Shown here: positions 14,450 to 31,435 of the stretch, in pieces
Layout of the letters: every line of letters starts with the position of its first letter
How positions within the stretch are numbered: position 1 is the stretch's first letter
Assembly (NCBI RefSeq): GCF_009914755.1
Contig: NC_060926.1
Direction: 5' to 3' (one strand)
Origin: the human T2T-CHM13v2.0 reference genome, Homo sapiens
Length of the DNA stretch: 64,000 nucleotides
The notes under the pieces: generated by a model
Databases searched by the model: none
What the model was told of the DNA's origin: nothing
What the model saw: the letters and a program-made list of their open reading frames with translations, nothing else
Made by a program: the position numbers and the translations under genes

Positions 14450-14795
14450 TTCTTAGTTCATTTGTGCTGCTGTAACAAAATGCCACAGATTGGGTAATTT
14501 ATAAACAATAGAGTTTTGGAGGCTGGGAAGTCCAGGATCCTAGTAGGATTGGTATCTGGTACAGGTAGTTCTCTGCTTCAAAGATAGCACCTTGTTGCCG
14601 TGTCTTCACATGGCAGAAGAGATGGAAGGGCAAAAAGGGCCTAAGCTAGTTTCCTCCTGCTCTTTTATAAGGCCCTGATCCATTTATGCGGCAGAGCCCT
14701 GATGACAATCACTTCCCTAGAGGCCCCACCTCTTAATACTACCACAGTGGGGATTAAGCTTCAGCATGAATTTTGGCCCCATTCGAGCCATAGTA
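14450..14795 (-). mobile_element. ERVL-MaLR LTR (MLT1A/MSTD-like)
   Basis: cttagttcatttgtgctgctgtaacaaaatgccacagattgggtaatttataaac...ggccccacctcttaatactaccacagtggggattaag. Confidence 0.8.
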
Positions 14796-17700
14796 GGCAC
14801 TTAATGGGGTAATTCTTGTTTGACTTTTCAAAGCCTTGCCAGATTGATCCTTCATTTTACCCATAAACTGCTGAGACTCAGGTTAAGAAACTTGCCCAGT
14901 TTGCGGGTTTATTGCAGCAAGACAGCCAGACCCACATACTGGGGTAGGACAGGCTCTGTGGGGGCAGATGCGACAAGCAGAAACCAAAGTAGCAGAATAG
15001 AAGTGCAAGTCCACAGAAAAGAGAGTTCAAGGAGGCTCTGCGTCTCCATGTCTCCTGCCCTGCTCAGGAACTCACCCTGGAGCTCTCTGCCGGCTTCAGG
15101 GCTGACAGAGCCCACTAAGACCTACCAACCTGGGCGCCCCTCCAGCTCCAAGGAAGGAAATATCTTTGGCTGGGTTGACAGGGCCCAGCTGAGGTTCTCT
15201 GACCTTGTGCAACCCATCAAGAACAAGAAGGTCTCACAAGGAGAGGTGCAGAGCCAACGCTTGAGGCTACCATTTCCATCCTCCCCAGGCACTGGTAGCG
15301 ATTAAGTTTCAGAGTCCAAAGCACTGGCGATAAATGGCAGTAGAACTCAGTGTAACCTCCCCTCTCGTGGCCTTTCCTTCCACTCACCTCAGGGGCTGCA
15401 GGCCAGGCTGAGTGGTGAGTAGTTTGGGCTTGTGGTGGAGTTTGTGAGGTGAGGGTAAAGAGAAGGGTGGGCCTGATCTGAGAGAGGTGGCTGTACACAC
15501 AAAGTGCAACAAGAGTGCCTGATGGTTCATGCTTGTGGGGTCCGCCCCTAGAGTGCTCCTTTGTTTAGCTTGCTTTGTGGGTGGCTTGTTGACCCTGGTG
15601 GCAGTCTGGCCTTCTATCCTCTGGGGAGTTATGGCGGAAGTGGTGCTGTGGAGGCTGCTGTGGCTGTTGGAGGGCATGGCAAGGCACTTTGAGGGGTGAT
15701 AAAGTGAGAATCCTTTCCAGGTGAAATCCAAACTCCCTTTTGGGACTTTGAGAAAAGTAGAGTGTTGGAGTTCAGAAAGATTACTATAGTCAGAACTGTC
15801 ATCGGGTACTGTGGCTTGTGTAAGGGTGTTATTCACAAGCATCCATAGGTGGTAGAAAATTGTATCAATATGTCTGGGACTTTATGCCATAGGCTGGGTT
15901 TCCTGAAGAGGAGGTAGGGAGTTTGTCATGCAGGATCCTTACTAAGGGGTACCTTTGGGACAATACCTGTGGGGTAGGCGAGGGAAGCAACAGCAGGCAG
16001 AGGGAGACTCAAGCAGCAAGGAAGGCCCCACGACAGCCTCTGCTTTGGAGCAAGAGCAAGCGCAAGCACAAGCACAGCCCTTCAGAGCTGTCCCCAGTCT
16101 GGTGAGATAGTCAGGTTTTCCTGCTCTGCAACTGTCATTCGTTAGATGAGGGTTGCCTGGGACAGGTGTGGTGTGGAGTGCAGGTCTGTGCAGCCACCAA
16201 ATCCCTGAAAGGGCTGATTGCTGAAGGCTGCCTGCCCACAGCCCTCACTGAGGGGATCTGGGTGCTGCTGCATCACAGCGCCTGGCTCATTGCCTTGCTC
16301 ACCTGTGATGTGGGCTCTGATGTGGTGCAGATGGCAGTAGGGCTGAGCTTATAGGAGGCAGGAGCTTGTCCCTGGGGAGGGGTGCGAGGAAGGGCCAGTG
16401 GTATCTGCACAACAGAGGCCCCTTCTTTTTCTTGGAAGAGTGAGCCCAGTTCTGAACAGTGATGGGAGGCCAGAGTCAGCTCTCCTGGCTCGATTCCAGG
16501 TCTCTGGAAACATGTGGCCTGCTTTGGAGTGGCCGGCCATGGGGAGGCCTCCAGATGGCCGCAAGGGCTCCCCGCTCAGCCACACCCACATTTCCTCAGC
16601 ATCCTCAGTCCAGTTCTGAGGGCACCCTCTGGGCTGGAGCTGGAGTGATGCTTGTAGCTGCATTGCCTGGAGGGTGTAGAATGATGAGTGTTTTGGGCTG
16701 CTGTCTCTCCTGACTCCAGAAGCTGGGGTCACTGAGGAGAGAGAGTCAGATCTGCATTTGAGCTGGCCCTGACTTGGGTCCAGGCCTGACTGGAGGGCTG
16801 GCCATTGCCAGTGTTGTTGTTGGCATTCCCTGTGAACCTCTGTGTGACTGAGTCCATCAGGGTCTGAGTCCATGGTGCTCCCTACCCCCCAAACACCCCT
16901 CAGGGCAGAATTAATTGCTTTCTTATCTGTCTGAAGTTTGGCACTGTTTCCATCTAATAGCTCAATGCCTGTCTGTCTCCCTGTTCTTTCACTTGTTCAC
17001 CCAACATGCATTGTAGTGCCAGCATACAGTTAGTGACCCCCAAAGACCTCAAGGGTCTCCAGGAGGTCTGACAGGACCCTTTGCCTGTGTCAGTCTTTGT
17101 TAAATGTGGGGATTTGGAATTGAGCCATTTCAGGGTCAAGTCTGGAGTTAGGGGAGCTAAAGGGGGTTGATTCTGTGCGTACCCCTTGTCCCAATCAGCC
17201 CCTGAGTCCCAGGTGGTTTCTAACCTTCTCTTGTTTTGGCTGATGGGAGCTGGGGCAGTGGGAGGGTCTGGCTGCCCATCTGCCTGAGCTTCCCAGTGTC
17301 TAGGATGCAGGGGCCTCTCTCTGTGAGGGTGCCTGTGTCTGCCTGAGCAGTCCAGTCACAGGTGGGACCCCTCACCTTCCTATATGAGGTCTGCAACATG
17401 TCCCCATTTCAGTGTTGGGGGAGAAAGAGAAGCATTTACTATTTTCTGGAACCACTGTCTCCAGCGTGTCCTGGCGCGGAAGTCTAGCAGGGCGGGCTCA
17501 GGGTGTGGCATGCCACATTGTCAGGGTAGTCACAGCATTTAGCAGTGTGTGCCGCTGGGAGGTTCTGTGCTACAATACATATTTTAAAAACTAGAGCAGT
17601 GGCCCAAGGGGAGGATGTAAGGCAGTTGGCCACAGGCTGACCTTTAGATGCTTTGTTGGAGGGTTAAATGCCAGTGGAGCTGCCCCGGGAAACTTGGCAG

Positions 17701-18259
17701 CCCCTCAGGTGTACCACATAGCCCACTGGGCAGGGAGGACCCTGTGTAAGCATAGATGAGGGCTCAAGTTGACATCATCTGCATTTGTGTTCAAAGTAAG
17801 TGGTAGGAGACCTGTGGGCTCCATTCTTAGTGATACCAGGCTCTGCTACAGGGGCTGTGACTGCTTTTCAGAGCTACAGCCTTGCTCCTCCAGAGCCTGG
17901 AGGGGACCATGAGCACTGTGGGCCTGCACTCTGTAGTGTGAGGCCTCAGCCCTGGTGGTGCTCTCTCTGGAGGGGCTGAGGCCCTGTGTGTGAGTCGAGT
18001 GTCTCCCAGCTGTGAGGCATGCAGAAAAGGTGGATTTGAGGATTTTAATGCATAAAGGCAGTGGGAAGCTAAGAAATAAAGTTCTAGTTCTAGAAATCTG
18101 TGAGGCAGTGCTTCAGGTTTAAGGAAGTAATCAGGTCACCTGGAAAGTGGCAGCTGTCTCTACCTAGGTTGAAGGGCTCGGCAGCTCTGCCTAGTGTTGT
18201 CTGATGGGGCTTGGAGCTGGCTTTTGCCAAGAGTCCTCTGCCTGTGTGACCAGCCTTTT

Positions 18260-18617
18260 GTCTTTGTCAGCTTGGGCTGCTGTAACAAAGGACCATAGAT
18301 GGTTTGGCCTAAACAATAGGCATGCGTTTCCCTTCTGGAGGCTGGAAGGCCACCTTCAAGTTCCTGATGAGAGCTCTCTTCCTGGCTTGCAGATGGCCTC
18401 TTCCTGGCTGTGTCTTCACGTGGAGGAGAGAAGGGGAGCTCTGGTCCCTCTTTGTTTTTTGTTTTTGTTTTTTTTAAATAACAGCATGAATCCCATCATG
18501 AGGCCTCCACCTCCATGATCTGATCTAAACCTAATTACCTCCAAATACCATCACATTGGGGGTTAGAGCTTCAACATATGAATTTGGGGGTGGAGGGCAT
18601 AAATTCAGTCCACAGCG
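18260..18617 (-). mobile_element. ERVL-MaLR LTR (MLT1A-like)
   Basis: ttgggctgctgtaacaaag...catcacattgggggttagagcttcaacatatgaatttgggg...attcagtccacagc. Confidence 0.82.
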
Positions 18618-19606
18618 CCTTTGGAATGCCTCCTCAGTTCCCAGCTATGTGAAAAGAAACATTCTTGGGTCTTAGAGGAAACTCATAGCAGGGGCACTGC
18701 CACCCTGTAGGCAAGTATGCTTATGTGTCCCCCTTTTCCTGAGCACCCCATGTGTGCCCAGCCCCAGTGCCAGGTACTGAGCTCATAGGGCTTGGGCAGA
18801 TTACATGGCCCCTGCCCACAGGGTATGCAGGGTCAGGGAGCAGGCGGCAAGGAGCCAGCAGGAGCCCTGTGTTAGGGCCAGGGCAGGAGAAGGTGAGTAC
18901 GTGCTGTGTGGGGGCCTCTGTGGTGATCAGGTGGATTTTGCAATCTGATATTTCAGTGTAGTCACGCTTCAAATGGGTCCTGTGGTTTGATCTTTAGTTA
19001 GAAAGGAAAAGAGTCTAATCTATCAGAAGGAAGTTATGCGGCCACGGAATTGTGCAAGCTGTCAGCCAGGTGCCTCCCAGAAATGCCGGGTCACATCTTG
19101 AAATGGGCAAGACTTGAGCAGTTTTAAAAGTATCTTCATTTCTCATTACCTTGTAGGTGGGTGGCGTTCTTCAGGTGGTGAGGGTGTACAGAGAAGGGCC
19201 ACTGCTTTGCCCAGAGGCTGCCAAGCTTTGCTAATAGTCTTACTGCACCTTGACTCTAAGGTGATAACTGTTGATGTTAGTGAATTCTAATTTGCCCTCG
19301 TTGGAAGTGCAGCAAAACTTCTTACCATTTGTGACAACTCCCTGAGATGAGCACTGTGGGAGTGTGCCTGGCTTATTTTCTGCCCTGGTGGAACTAAAAT
19401 GCCAAGCATCTTTATTGAAATCCTGTGCCCCAGGATTGTAGTCCTTGCTTGCACTATCTCTTGGACCAGAAGCCTGTGGGGACTGTGACTGTGGTGGGAT
19501 CATTGGTAGGCTGGGTCCAGGAGCTCCCTCAGCCTGCCCTCCTTCCGTGAGTGAATTGCACTGAACATGCAAATGTGAGCCTGATGCTCATCTTGGAATT
19601 TGAATT

Positions 19607-19901
19607 CTTTTTTTTTTTTTTTTTTTTTTTTTGAGACAGGGCCTTAGTCTGTCATCTAGGCAGGAGTGCAGTGGTACGATCTCAGCACACTGTAACCTCT
19701 GCCTCTTGGGCTCAAGTGATCCTCCCACTTCAGCCTTCTGAGTAGCTGGGAGTACAGGTGCATGCCACCATGCCTGGCTAATTTTTGTATCTTTTGTAGA
19801 GACAAGGTTTCGCCACGTTGCCCAGGCTGGTCTCAAACTCCTGAGCTCATGCGATCTGCCCTTCTCAGCCTCCCAAAGTGCTGGAATTATAGGCATGAGC
19901 G
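19607..19901 (-). mobile_element. AluJ
   Basis: poly-T plus antisense Alu. Confidence 0.92.
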
Positions 19902-20949
19902 CTGGGAGAGAATTTTAAAAATTCAGAGACCTAAGTTCTACCTGAAACTCTTGATATAATTGGTCAAGGTTAGGGCTGGGGCATTAGGAGTTTTAAAAGC
20001 TCAGCAGGTACTGGATTGTGGTAATGGATCCATAGCTCCAAAATGTACTACAATTTATTGAATCATTTACTTAAAATGGGTCTATTTGATTGTATGTAAA
20101 TTGGTCCCTGACAAAGCTGTCAAATGTCAAACCAGCAAAACACTCCCCGAGTGGCGAATGTGCAGCCAGGGCTTCCATTCCTTTCTTTATCAGGTGTTGT
20201 CTGGCATCTTCCTGGCTGTCACTTTGCTGGCCCCTGAGTGCCTCTTGCTCCCGCACCCCTATCCCCGTAGGAGAAGGGGCCTGGCTCTGTTGCCCATTTC
20301 TTCCCACTCCTCCGCCCTACCACATCACAGTCTTAGCACTGGTCAGTGGCCTCACTCTTCATTGTCCGTCTGTGCCCAGACCTCACCTCTTCCCTTGTCA
20401 CTAGACTGTCCTCTTGAACCTTTTGCTTGTGTCATGCTGGCCCCTCTGCTTGCAATCCACAGTCGCTTACCATGCCGTCTGGACACATTTCTAAATTCCC
20501 GTAGGAAAAGCTGGATGACAGGAGTTATCACCCTCTACTGAGGTGGCTTGGGCCACTGCCAGAGTCATGCCAGGGAAAGCTGGATTCCAGTGGCCAGCAT
20601 CAATCTCTCAAAAGAAGGGCCCTCAAGAACAGTTTCTTGTAAATTCTAATCAACAAAATATAAATAATACAGAATAAAATGTTAGTATTTGCTTTAAGAT
20701 CAAGTTTAATTATATAGGTAACCCTTATTTAAAAGTGATCATTATGAACAACTCATTTGCTCTTCACCTGTGTAGGTCACACCTGTGAGATGTGACCAGT
20801 GTTGGGTGGTGTGGTCCGAGGTTCTGTTGTCTTTCTCCATCCTCTGCCTTTCCCATACATTGCTCTAAGGAAGGGCAAAATCTGGCCCATTGGAAAGGCA
20901 GCTATGTATCAGTGTGGGCATGAGAAGAATAATGGTGAACCTTTCCTAG

Positions 20950-21141
<192 letters not shown>

Positions 21142-21999
21142 TAGGGGCCACCACATAAGACTGCCAGGAAGATAGGCTCCCAGGGTTGTATTTAGTCACA
21201 GAACTTGCTCTATTTCTGATCATGGCAAGTGGGTGAACTCTTTCTCCTCTTCTCCCCACACTCAGCTCCGCTGAAGAGATCTGTCCTTTTTCTCAGTGTG
21301 AGAAGGCTTGCCCTGGCCAGAGCATGTCCTGGCCCTGAGAGGGAGTGGCTGTGGGTGGGCTTCTCCCTTTCTCTAGCTCCTCCACTGTCTGTCTTCACCT
21401 TTGGTGCCCATTCCATATACCTGGGCCCTAGAATGAGTGCATTTAATGGGCCACGTGCCTCTACACAGGTGCTTAGTTGTAGCATATAAATAGCTGAGAT
21501 CAGAGGCCTGCAGGTCTCCTGAACCCTGAGCCTCAGAGTAGAGCCCTCAGCTAGCCTTTTCATTCCTCCACTCGGTGGTCAGCTTTGTGAGCATTCTGGC
21601 CTCCATTGCCCCTTCCCCTTGCCTCCTTTCCCCACTTCACTTCTTGAAGGAATTGTGCTGCAGCTGTTTTGACCTCACATTTGCGTCTTCACTTCGTACT
21701 CTGGGTTCCATCTCTCTTCCTGCTTTCCTGCTGTTTTGAATGCGAATCAGCAAGGTCTGATCCACTTCCAATGGCCTTTCCCCTTGGACCCTCTGTGCTC
21801 TTTCACTGAATCACCACATCCCCGATGGCTGTCCTGCTTTTCGGCATGTTTCTCATCTGTAACTTTCCCTGTTCCTTGGCCGTTGCTTTCTCCAAGGTCC
21901 TTTTTTCTCCCTTTTGTTGACCTTACCCAGTCTCATGATGACAGGTGGCATCACTTTGCAGGAACCCCTCACCTTTGCCCTCATTGTGCTCCCAGCCTT

Positions 22000-22092
22000 G
22001 TTCTCCTCTTCTTCCCCCTCCCCTACTCCTCCTCTTCCTACCCCTTCCCTACTCCTCCTCTTCCTACCCCTCCCCTACTCCTCCTCTTTGTC
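22000..22092. repeat. CT-rich low-complexity tract
   Basis: Degenerate (ccctactcctcctcttccta)-like units, pyrimidine-rich strand. Confidence 0.8.
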
Positions 22093-22714
22093 TCTCGTGG
22101 CTTTCTGGCACTCCCACATCCCAGCACATCACCTCTGGGTGCCATCTTTGACCCCCTCCACCCACTCAGAGTTGCTGGAACCTCTCCATTCTGTTTGCTC
22201 TGAAGCCCCCACACTTTTCTGCCTTTGCCAGGTGCTTGCTGCCCATCTCTTAGGTCACTGGCCTCCACTTTGCCCTTTCTAAGATTGTCCTCTTTAAGCA
22301 AAGTTTAGAAACTTCTGTTCAGAAATCTCCAATGGCTCCCTCCACGCTCCTGTTTCTGTTTTTCTACTTTGTTTCCCAGTGCTCTGCTGTTGTTTTGGGA
22401 CCTTTGTTCTGGCCACACTGGATGCTGTCTGGTTTCTGTGCTTTTCCATGCACTGTGCTTTCGCACATTGCTAATTTATCTGCTTGGAATACTCCTCTTT
22501 TCCCCTAACTCTGCAGGACTAAATTTTACTTACTTGCCAAAACCCAACTCAGAAACTTCCTCTTTCCTCAGTCCCCACAGCTGGAGAGAATCTCCCTGTC
22601 CCAAAGACCCCAGAGCACACTACTTTCTGTCTGAGGCACAGAGGACGTTGCCGGGTCAGTTATTTCAGAGGGTACCCTTCCCCATGCCCTGCTAAACTGC
22701 AGGTTTTTGTTTTT

Positions 22715-25412
22715 AATTAATTAGCTGTTTATTGTAAATATTTAAGGTGTGCAACAAGAAGGTTTTTGTTTTGTTTTGTTTTTTTGAGACAGGGTCTCAC
22801 TTTGTTGCCCAGGCTGGAGCACAGTGAGGCGATGATTGCTCATTATAACCTCAAACTCCTAGGTTCAAGTGACCTTCCCACCTCAGACTCCTGAGTAATT
22901 GGGACTACAGGCATGCACCACCACGCCTGACTCTTTTTTGTTTGTTTATTTGTTTGAAGAGGTTGGGAGGTTGTGGAAAAAGGCAAAAAAAAAAAAAAAA
23001 ATAGAGATGGTGGTCTCACTGTGTTGCCCAGGCTGGTCTCAAACTCCTGGCCTGAAGCAATCCTCCTGCCTCGGCCTCCCAAAGCACTGGGATTACAGGC
23101 ATTAGCCACAGTGCCAGGTCCAATATGCTGCTTTGATAAACATAGTAGTAGGTTGTTTACTACAGTCAGGTGAATTAATATATTCATCTTCTCGTACAGT
23201 TTACCTTTTTTAAAATGGTAACATCTGAATCTACTCTGTTGGCAAATTTCCAGCATATAAAACAATATTATGAACTATAGTCATCATGCTGTACTTTAGA
23301 TCTCTAGACTTATTCATCCTATATGCCTGTAACTTTGTATCCCCCCATTCTGCCCCCTTCCCCACTCCCATGCCCTAGTCACCACCGTTTTCTGTTCCTT
23401 CATTTTGACTTTAGATTCTACATATATGTAAGATCATGTAGTATTTGTCTTTGTGTGTCTGGCTTATTTTATGTAGCATAATGTCTAGATTTACCCATGT
23501 TGTTGCAAATGACAGGATCTCTTTTTTAAGGCTGAACAATGTTCCAACATATATACTGTGTGTACCACAATTTCTTTATCCAGTTGTCAGTGACACTTAG
23601 GTTATTTCCATATTTTGCCTATTGTGAATAATAGTCCAATGAGTATGGAAGTGCAGATATCTGTTCCACATACTGATTTTGTTGTCTTTGGGTAGATAAC
23701 CAGAGTGGGATTGCTGGGTGATATGGTAGTTCTATTTTTAATTTTTTGAGGAACTTCCATACTGTTTTCCATAATGGCTATACCAAGTTTACAGCCCTGC
23801 TATCAGTATACAAGGGTTCTCTTTTTTCCACCTTCTTGCCAACATTTATCTCTCTTTGATAGCAGCCATTCTAACAGGTGTGAGGTGATTTCTCATGATT
23901 TTGATTTGTATTTCCCTGATGTTCAGTGATGTTGAGCACCTTTGCATATATCTGTTGGCCATTTTTATTTCTTCTTTGGAGATATGTCTATTCATGTTTT
24001 TTGCCCATTTTTAATTTTTTTTTGCTATTGAGTTGTGTGATTTCCTTATATATTTTAGATATTAATCTGTTTGTCGAATATATGATTTGTAAATATTTTC
24101 TCCCAATTCATAGACTACCTTTTCTTTTCTTTTTTTTTTTTTTTGAGACGGGGTCTCACTCTGTCACGTAGAGTGAGTGGTGTAGAGCGCAGTGGTGTGG
24201 TCCCGGCTTACTGCAGCCTCGACTTCCCAGGCTCAGGTGATCCTCCCACTTCAATATCTTGAGCAGTTGGGACTACAGGTGTGTGCCACCACAACCTATT
24301 AATTTTTGTATATTTTGTTTAAAAAAGAAAGGTTTTGCTGTGTTGCCCAGGTAGGCCTTTAAACTCCTGGGCTCAAGCTATCTACCCACCTGACCTCACA
24401 AAGTATTGGGATTACAGGCAGGAGCCACCATGCCTGGCACATAGGCTGCCTTTTTATTTTGCTGATTGTTTCCTTTATTGTACAGAAGCTTTTTAGTTTG
24501 ATGTAATCCCACTTGCTTATTTTTGCTTTTGTTCTCTGAGCTTTTGGTGTGATATCAAAAAAATCATTGCCAAGGCCCTTGTTAAGGAACTTATTCCCTA
24601 TCTTTTCTTCTAGGAGTTTTATACTTTCAGGTCTTACATTTAAGTCTTTAATTCATTTTGAGTTGATTTTTCATGTATGGTATAAGATAAGAAGCCAATT
24701 TTATTCCCTTGCATGTGAATATCCAGTTTTCCCAACACCATTTATTGAAGGAACTATCCTTTCCCCATGGTGTTTTCTTGGTACCTGTGTCATAAATTAG
24801 TTGACTTTTATATGCTTAGGTTTACTTCTGGATTCTATTTTCTGTTCTATGTGTCTGTTTTTAAGCCAGTACTGTGCTATTTTGATTTCTATAGCTTGAA
24901 ATCAGAAAGTGTGATGCTTACAACTTTGTTCTTTTTCAAGCTGCTTTGGTTTTTCAGGGTGTTTTGTGATTCCAGACAAATTTTAGAATTGTTTTTTTAA
25001 TTTCTGTGAAAAATGCCATTGGAATTTTGATAGGGATTGCACTGAATCTGTAGATTGCTTTGGGTAGTATGGACATTTTAACAATATTAATTCTTCAAAT
25101 ATTTGAACAGAGTATATATTTCCATATATTTATTTGTGTCTTCTTTAATGTCTTTCATCAATGTTTTACAGTTTTCAGTATACAGATCTTTTATCTCCTT
25201 AAATTTATTCCCAATCATTTTATTCTAAAGTGGGTGTGTGTGTGGGGAAGGGCAGGGCAGTCTTTAGGGCTTTCTGCATATAGGATCTTGTCACCTGAAA
25301 CTGGGATAATTTTATTTCTTTCTTTCTAGTTTGGATGCCTTTTATTTGTTTTTCTTGTCTGATTGCTCTGGTTTAGACTTCTAACACTGTGTTGAATAGA
25401 AGTGGTGAGCAG
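22715..25412 (-). mobile_element. L1MA-type 3' portion, interrupted by Alus at ~22763-23120 and ~24120-24439
   Basis: Antisense L1 3'UTR/ORF2 motifs: agatctctagacttattcatcct, gggattgctgggtgatatggtagttctattttt, gggattgcactgaatctgtagattgctttgggtagtatggacattttaacaatatt. Confidence 0.88.
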
Positions 25413-25951
25413 GATTGTGGCGAGGGTTTGCAGTTTTGTCCTGCAGAGGGGGTGCTGGGCTTAAACACCAAATGAATGGCTCGTGGAAGAGGGACTGCGA
25501 TGTCTGAGGCCCTGAGGCAGAGGACTGGGGCCAAGAAATGCAGCTATGAGGGGGTAACTGGAAGATAGCACTGGGAACAGACATAGACACAAGGTGCATA
25601 TAGATCAGGTTTTGAGAGGAATCATTCCAGTACTTGGAACCACTTTTAAAAACACTGTAGTGACTGGCTACCTATAGGTCATTTCTATGTTAATTTAAAA
25701 TGTTTTTCTTTTACATTAAAGTGAATATTCAAGGACTTTTGACTGAATTTGTTGGCATTCTGCAAGTCACTTTGTATATCGAAAGCAGCTAAATGGCTTA
25801 AAGTCTAAACTTTAGACCAGGTTTTATTCAGTTCATCCATTTTTTTTTTTTTTTTTTGATTCAGTGTTCTAGAGGAAATTGCCAATTTAGAACTGGTGAT
25901 TTTATGTGGAGTAATTGACTAATATTAATAATAATTTCTTTGTTTCTACAG

Positions 25952-25981
25952 AGGTTGCAGAACTTGAAGCTAATTTACCTT
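25952..25981 (+). CDS. UBE2F: UBE2F exon 3 (30-nt micro-exon; E40-P49 EVAELEANLP)
   Basis: tttctacag|AGGTTGCAGAACTTGAAGCTAATTTACCTT|gtaagt; phase 1-1, continues the exon 2 frame. Confidence 0.96.
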
Positions 25982-26132
25982 GTAAGTATAGCATCCCCAA
26001 ACACTAAGTACTGTGAAATAATTGCATGAAGAAAACTTTTTATGTTTTAATAACCTTGTATAGTAAAAAGCCTATTTTTCATGTATGTTAGGAATGAATT
26101 TTAATTTTCTGTGAAAAGGTAGGATTTTTTCA

Positions 26133-26650
<518 letters not shown>

Positions 26651-27314
26651 CTATCTCTCCTTAGCATAGCAGAGGTGCATTTGGTTAGGTTTTTGCCTCT
26701 TCCAGATGCATTCTGTCCCACATCCACTTTGAGTGAAAAAGTGTATAAATCAATAACAGTTCCACTTTTGTTAGGGATGATACCAGCTTTTTGGCAAAGT
26801 TCTCATTTGTAACTTGTCTGCATGTTTGAGGGGTGGCTGCACTGCCTTGCTGCTGTCAGTGGGAGTCCATCTTGCTTGATTGTTTCTGCCCCAGACACAC
26901 AGGGTCAGCATGCAGTCTTCACTCATGAGCACGGTACATTCGGAAAGCTATTTATCAGGCAGTTCACTTTTGTAATACATGTCGTATTCTCTCTATCATT
27001 AATCTTCCAAACCCTTGATTATTTCAAAAGATCATTAAAGCCTGAAAGCTTTGATCATTTTAGTATTTTTTGAATTACAACTTTTTATCATTGTACTTCC
27101 TTTAAAATTAGTTCTGGGGCTGAGGATGTCTGTGGGTAATGGTGAAATATTTTATAAGTGGGTCTGCTGGTTTGGGTGAGTGCTAGAGAGAACTTAGGAT
27201 TGGATGTGGAGATATCTCTGACATGGGGCAGGACAGGGCCCATTCCAGCCTCCATCTGAAGTAGGAAAGATAATGGTGGGTTGCAACCTCTCCATGGTTG
27301 TGAAATCAGTTTGA

Positions 27315-27689
<375 letters not shown>

Positions 27690-27817
27690 TGATATAAAAT
27701 ATGTTTCTTACTGTGGATCTCAGTTGAAAGTGTTTTGAAAGACACTGGATTGCTTGACCTCAAAGTTTTCTTCAACTCGGAAATGAGGCAATATCTTGAG
27801 ATTCTGTTAAAAGGTTA

Positions 27818-28120
<303 letters not shown>

Positions 28121-28389
28121 TTATCTTTCTACCCACTGAAGTATTTACAGATAAAGTAGTTTGCTTTAAAATGCTACAGGAAGACAAACAATAAACAAAT
28201 AACTGTGGGGGGGCAGGATAGACAAGCAAAATTGGCAAAATGTTGAAGCTGGGGGATGGGTTCATTATACTCTTCTCTTTTATTAGGACATTTTCCTAAT
28301 AAAAATAAAATAAAATAATCCCTCTGCTTTCCAGTCCCATCTTATCTTCCCACAGGCCCCCAACTTGAGCCTGTATATACATGTAAACC

Positions 28390-28901
<512 letters not shown>

Positions 28902-29571
28902 AACACATGTAGACATTTAATCAAAACCACAGAAAAGGTCCCACTTATAAATGGTTCATTCATCCTTGATACATATCTTACAGAGATTGTTGGTTTTTAA
29001 CCCATAGAGTGTACTTTAAAAACAAGAAAATTTTATGACTGGCTTTCAAATCAGGATTGTAACTGCATACCTTAGGTTTGAAAGAAGTATGGCACATCTC
29101 CTAGCCCTATAGCTATGGTGTCAGATAAAAAGACAGCATGCTCCCTGCCCCTTCTTTCATTCTTTCTCCCTACCTTCTCTCCTAATCGAAGAGGGGGAAA
29201 TTATATCATTTTATTCAAGTAAGCCATGCTTTCCAAAAGTATGTCTCATTATGCTAAAGAGAAAACAAGAAACCACCAATGAATAACCCTTTACTATCTA
29301 TTTAATTATCTTTCTAAAATATTTACAAAGGCAAACAAAATAACTTGCCTTGTATCAGTACCACTTAGTAACTATTCGGAACTAGTTTGGAGCTCTGCAC
29401 ATGCAAGTTTTTAGCGGTTTCTCTGCAAAAAAATTTAAAATGTTTCTTTCAGATAGACTGAAATATTAGAGGCTCAGATAGTGCATGCCTACATGTAGAT
29501 AAAAAGCTTAATTCTGGTGCATTGAACTGGAACAAAAACCTGTTAAATTTTTTTTTTTTTTTAGAACTTAA

Positions 29572-30170
<599 letters not shown>

Positions 30171-30936
30171 GATAATTTCTTTATTCTTGATGGGCCAGCT
30201 TTTTGGAGCTATTGATTTCCGCATCTGTCTATTAAAACAAAAGAGAATGCCAGATATTAAAAACAAATACATGATGCCAACTTCAGTGAATCATTGAAAC
30301 ATTTCCCAAGTCAGAATTATATGTTTTTGTTACTTAGAACTCACTAGAAGGATGGCATTTATCTTTGCAAGTTAAGATTAGGAAGAATAAAGCCCATTTT
30401 AAGTATTTCACACATAGTTCTAAATGTGTAATTTTGGGGAAAGTCTTGAACTCTTTGGCTCCAGTTTGTTTATTTCTCAAGTAAGGACTGTGACATTGTC
30501 ATCTCTAAGACTGCTTCTTGCTTTTCTAGACAGTTTTCACTCTGGAAAGGAAAACCCACTAACAGTCCTGTGTTATTTGTTGCTTGTATATACAGGTGTC
30601 CCATGTCTTAACATGGTCATTAAGTACTGAAAGGAAATGAGGCATGAGGTAGGGGAAGGAGTCATGAACTAGTTATTAATGTAGGAATTAACCTTGCTTC
30701 TGTTGATAACCTGTATGATCTTGGGCTAGTCACCAAGCCTCTCTAGACCTTCTACTTATGTCTCCTAATTGAGGACGTTGGACTAGATCGTCTCTAAGGT
30801 CACCTCTGAGTAGAAATTTGAATTGTCCTGTTTTTGATAAAAATTTTTATCATTGTCAAACTAAGCAAATACTTTTGGTGGAACTTGTAAGAAAACTTTA
30901 AACAAATTTTTAAAAAGTCTTCTAAAAAAACTTTAA

Positions 30937-31290
<354 letters not shown>

Positions 31291-31435
31291 AGCACTCTTC
31301 TTTTTAACTTCCATTTGCCGTGGTGACTGTGGATGTCTGTGGTGCTAAGAGAACAGAGTAGAAATTTGACCTGGGTTTTTCCTGGTTTTTCCATGTTTAG
31401 TTCACCACCAGTGGTGAACTGAGAAGTTTAGCATA

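Noticed and set aside
14820-16873. Cluster of 150-175 aa ORFs in intron 2
   Set aside because: No recognisable homology, no consistent exon structure, partly old repeat-derived
22956-23001. Short sense-strand insert with A-run inside the Alu linker (gaagaggttgggaggttgtggaaaaaggc-An)
   Set aside because: Loosely resembles an inverted L1 segment (~23820-23848) but identity is too low and no TSD is visible, so origin cannot be supported
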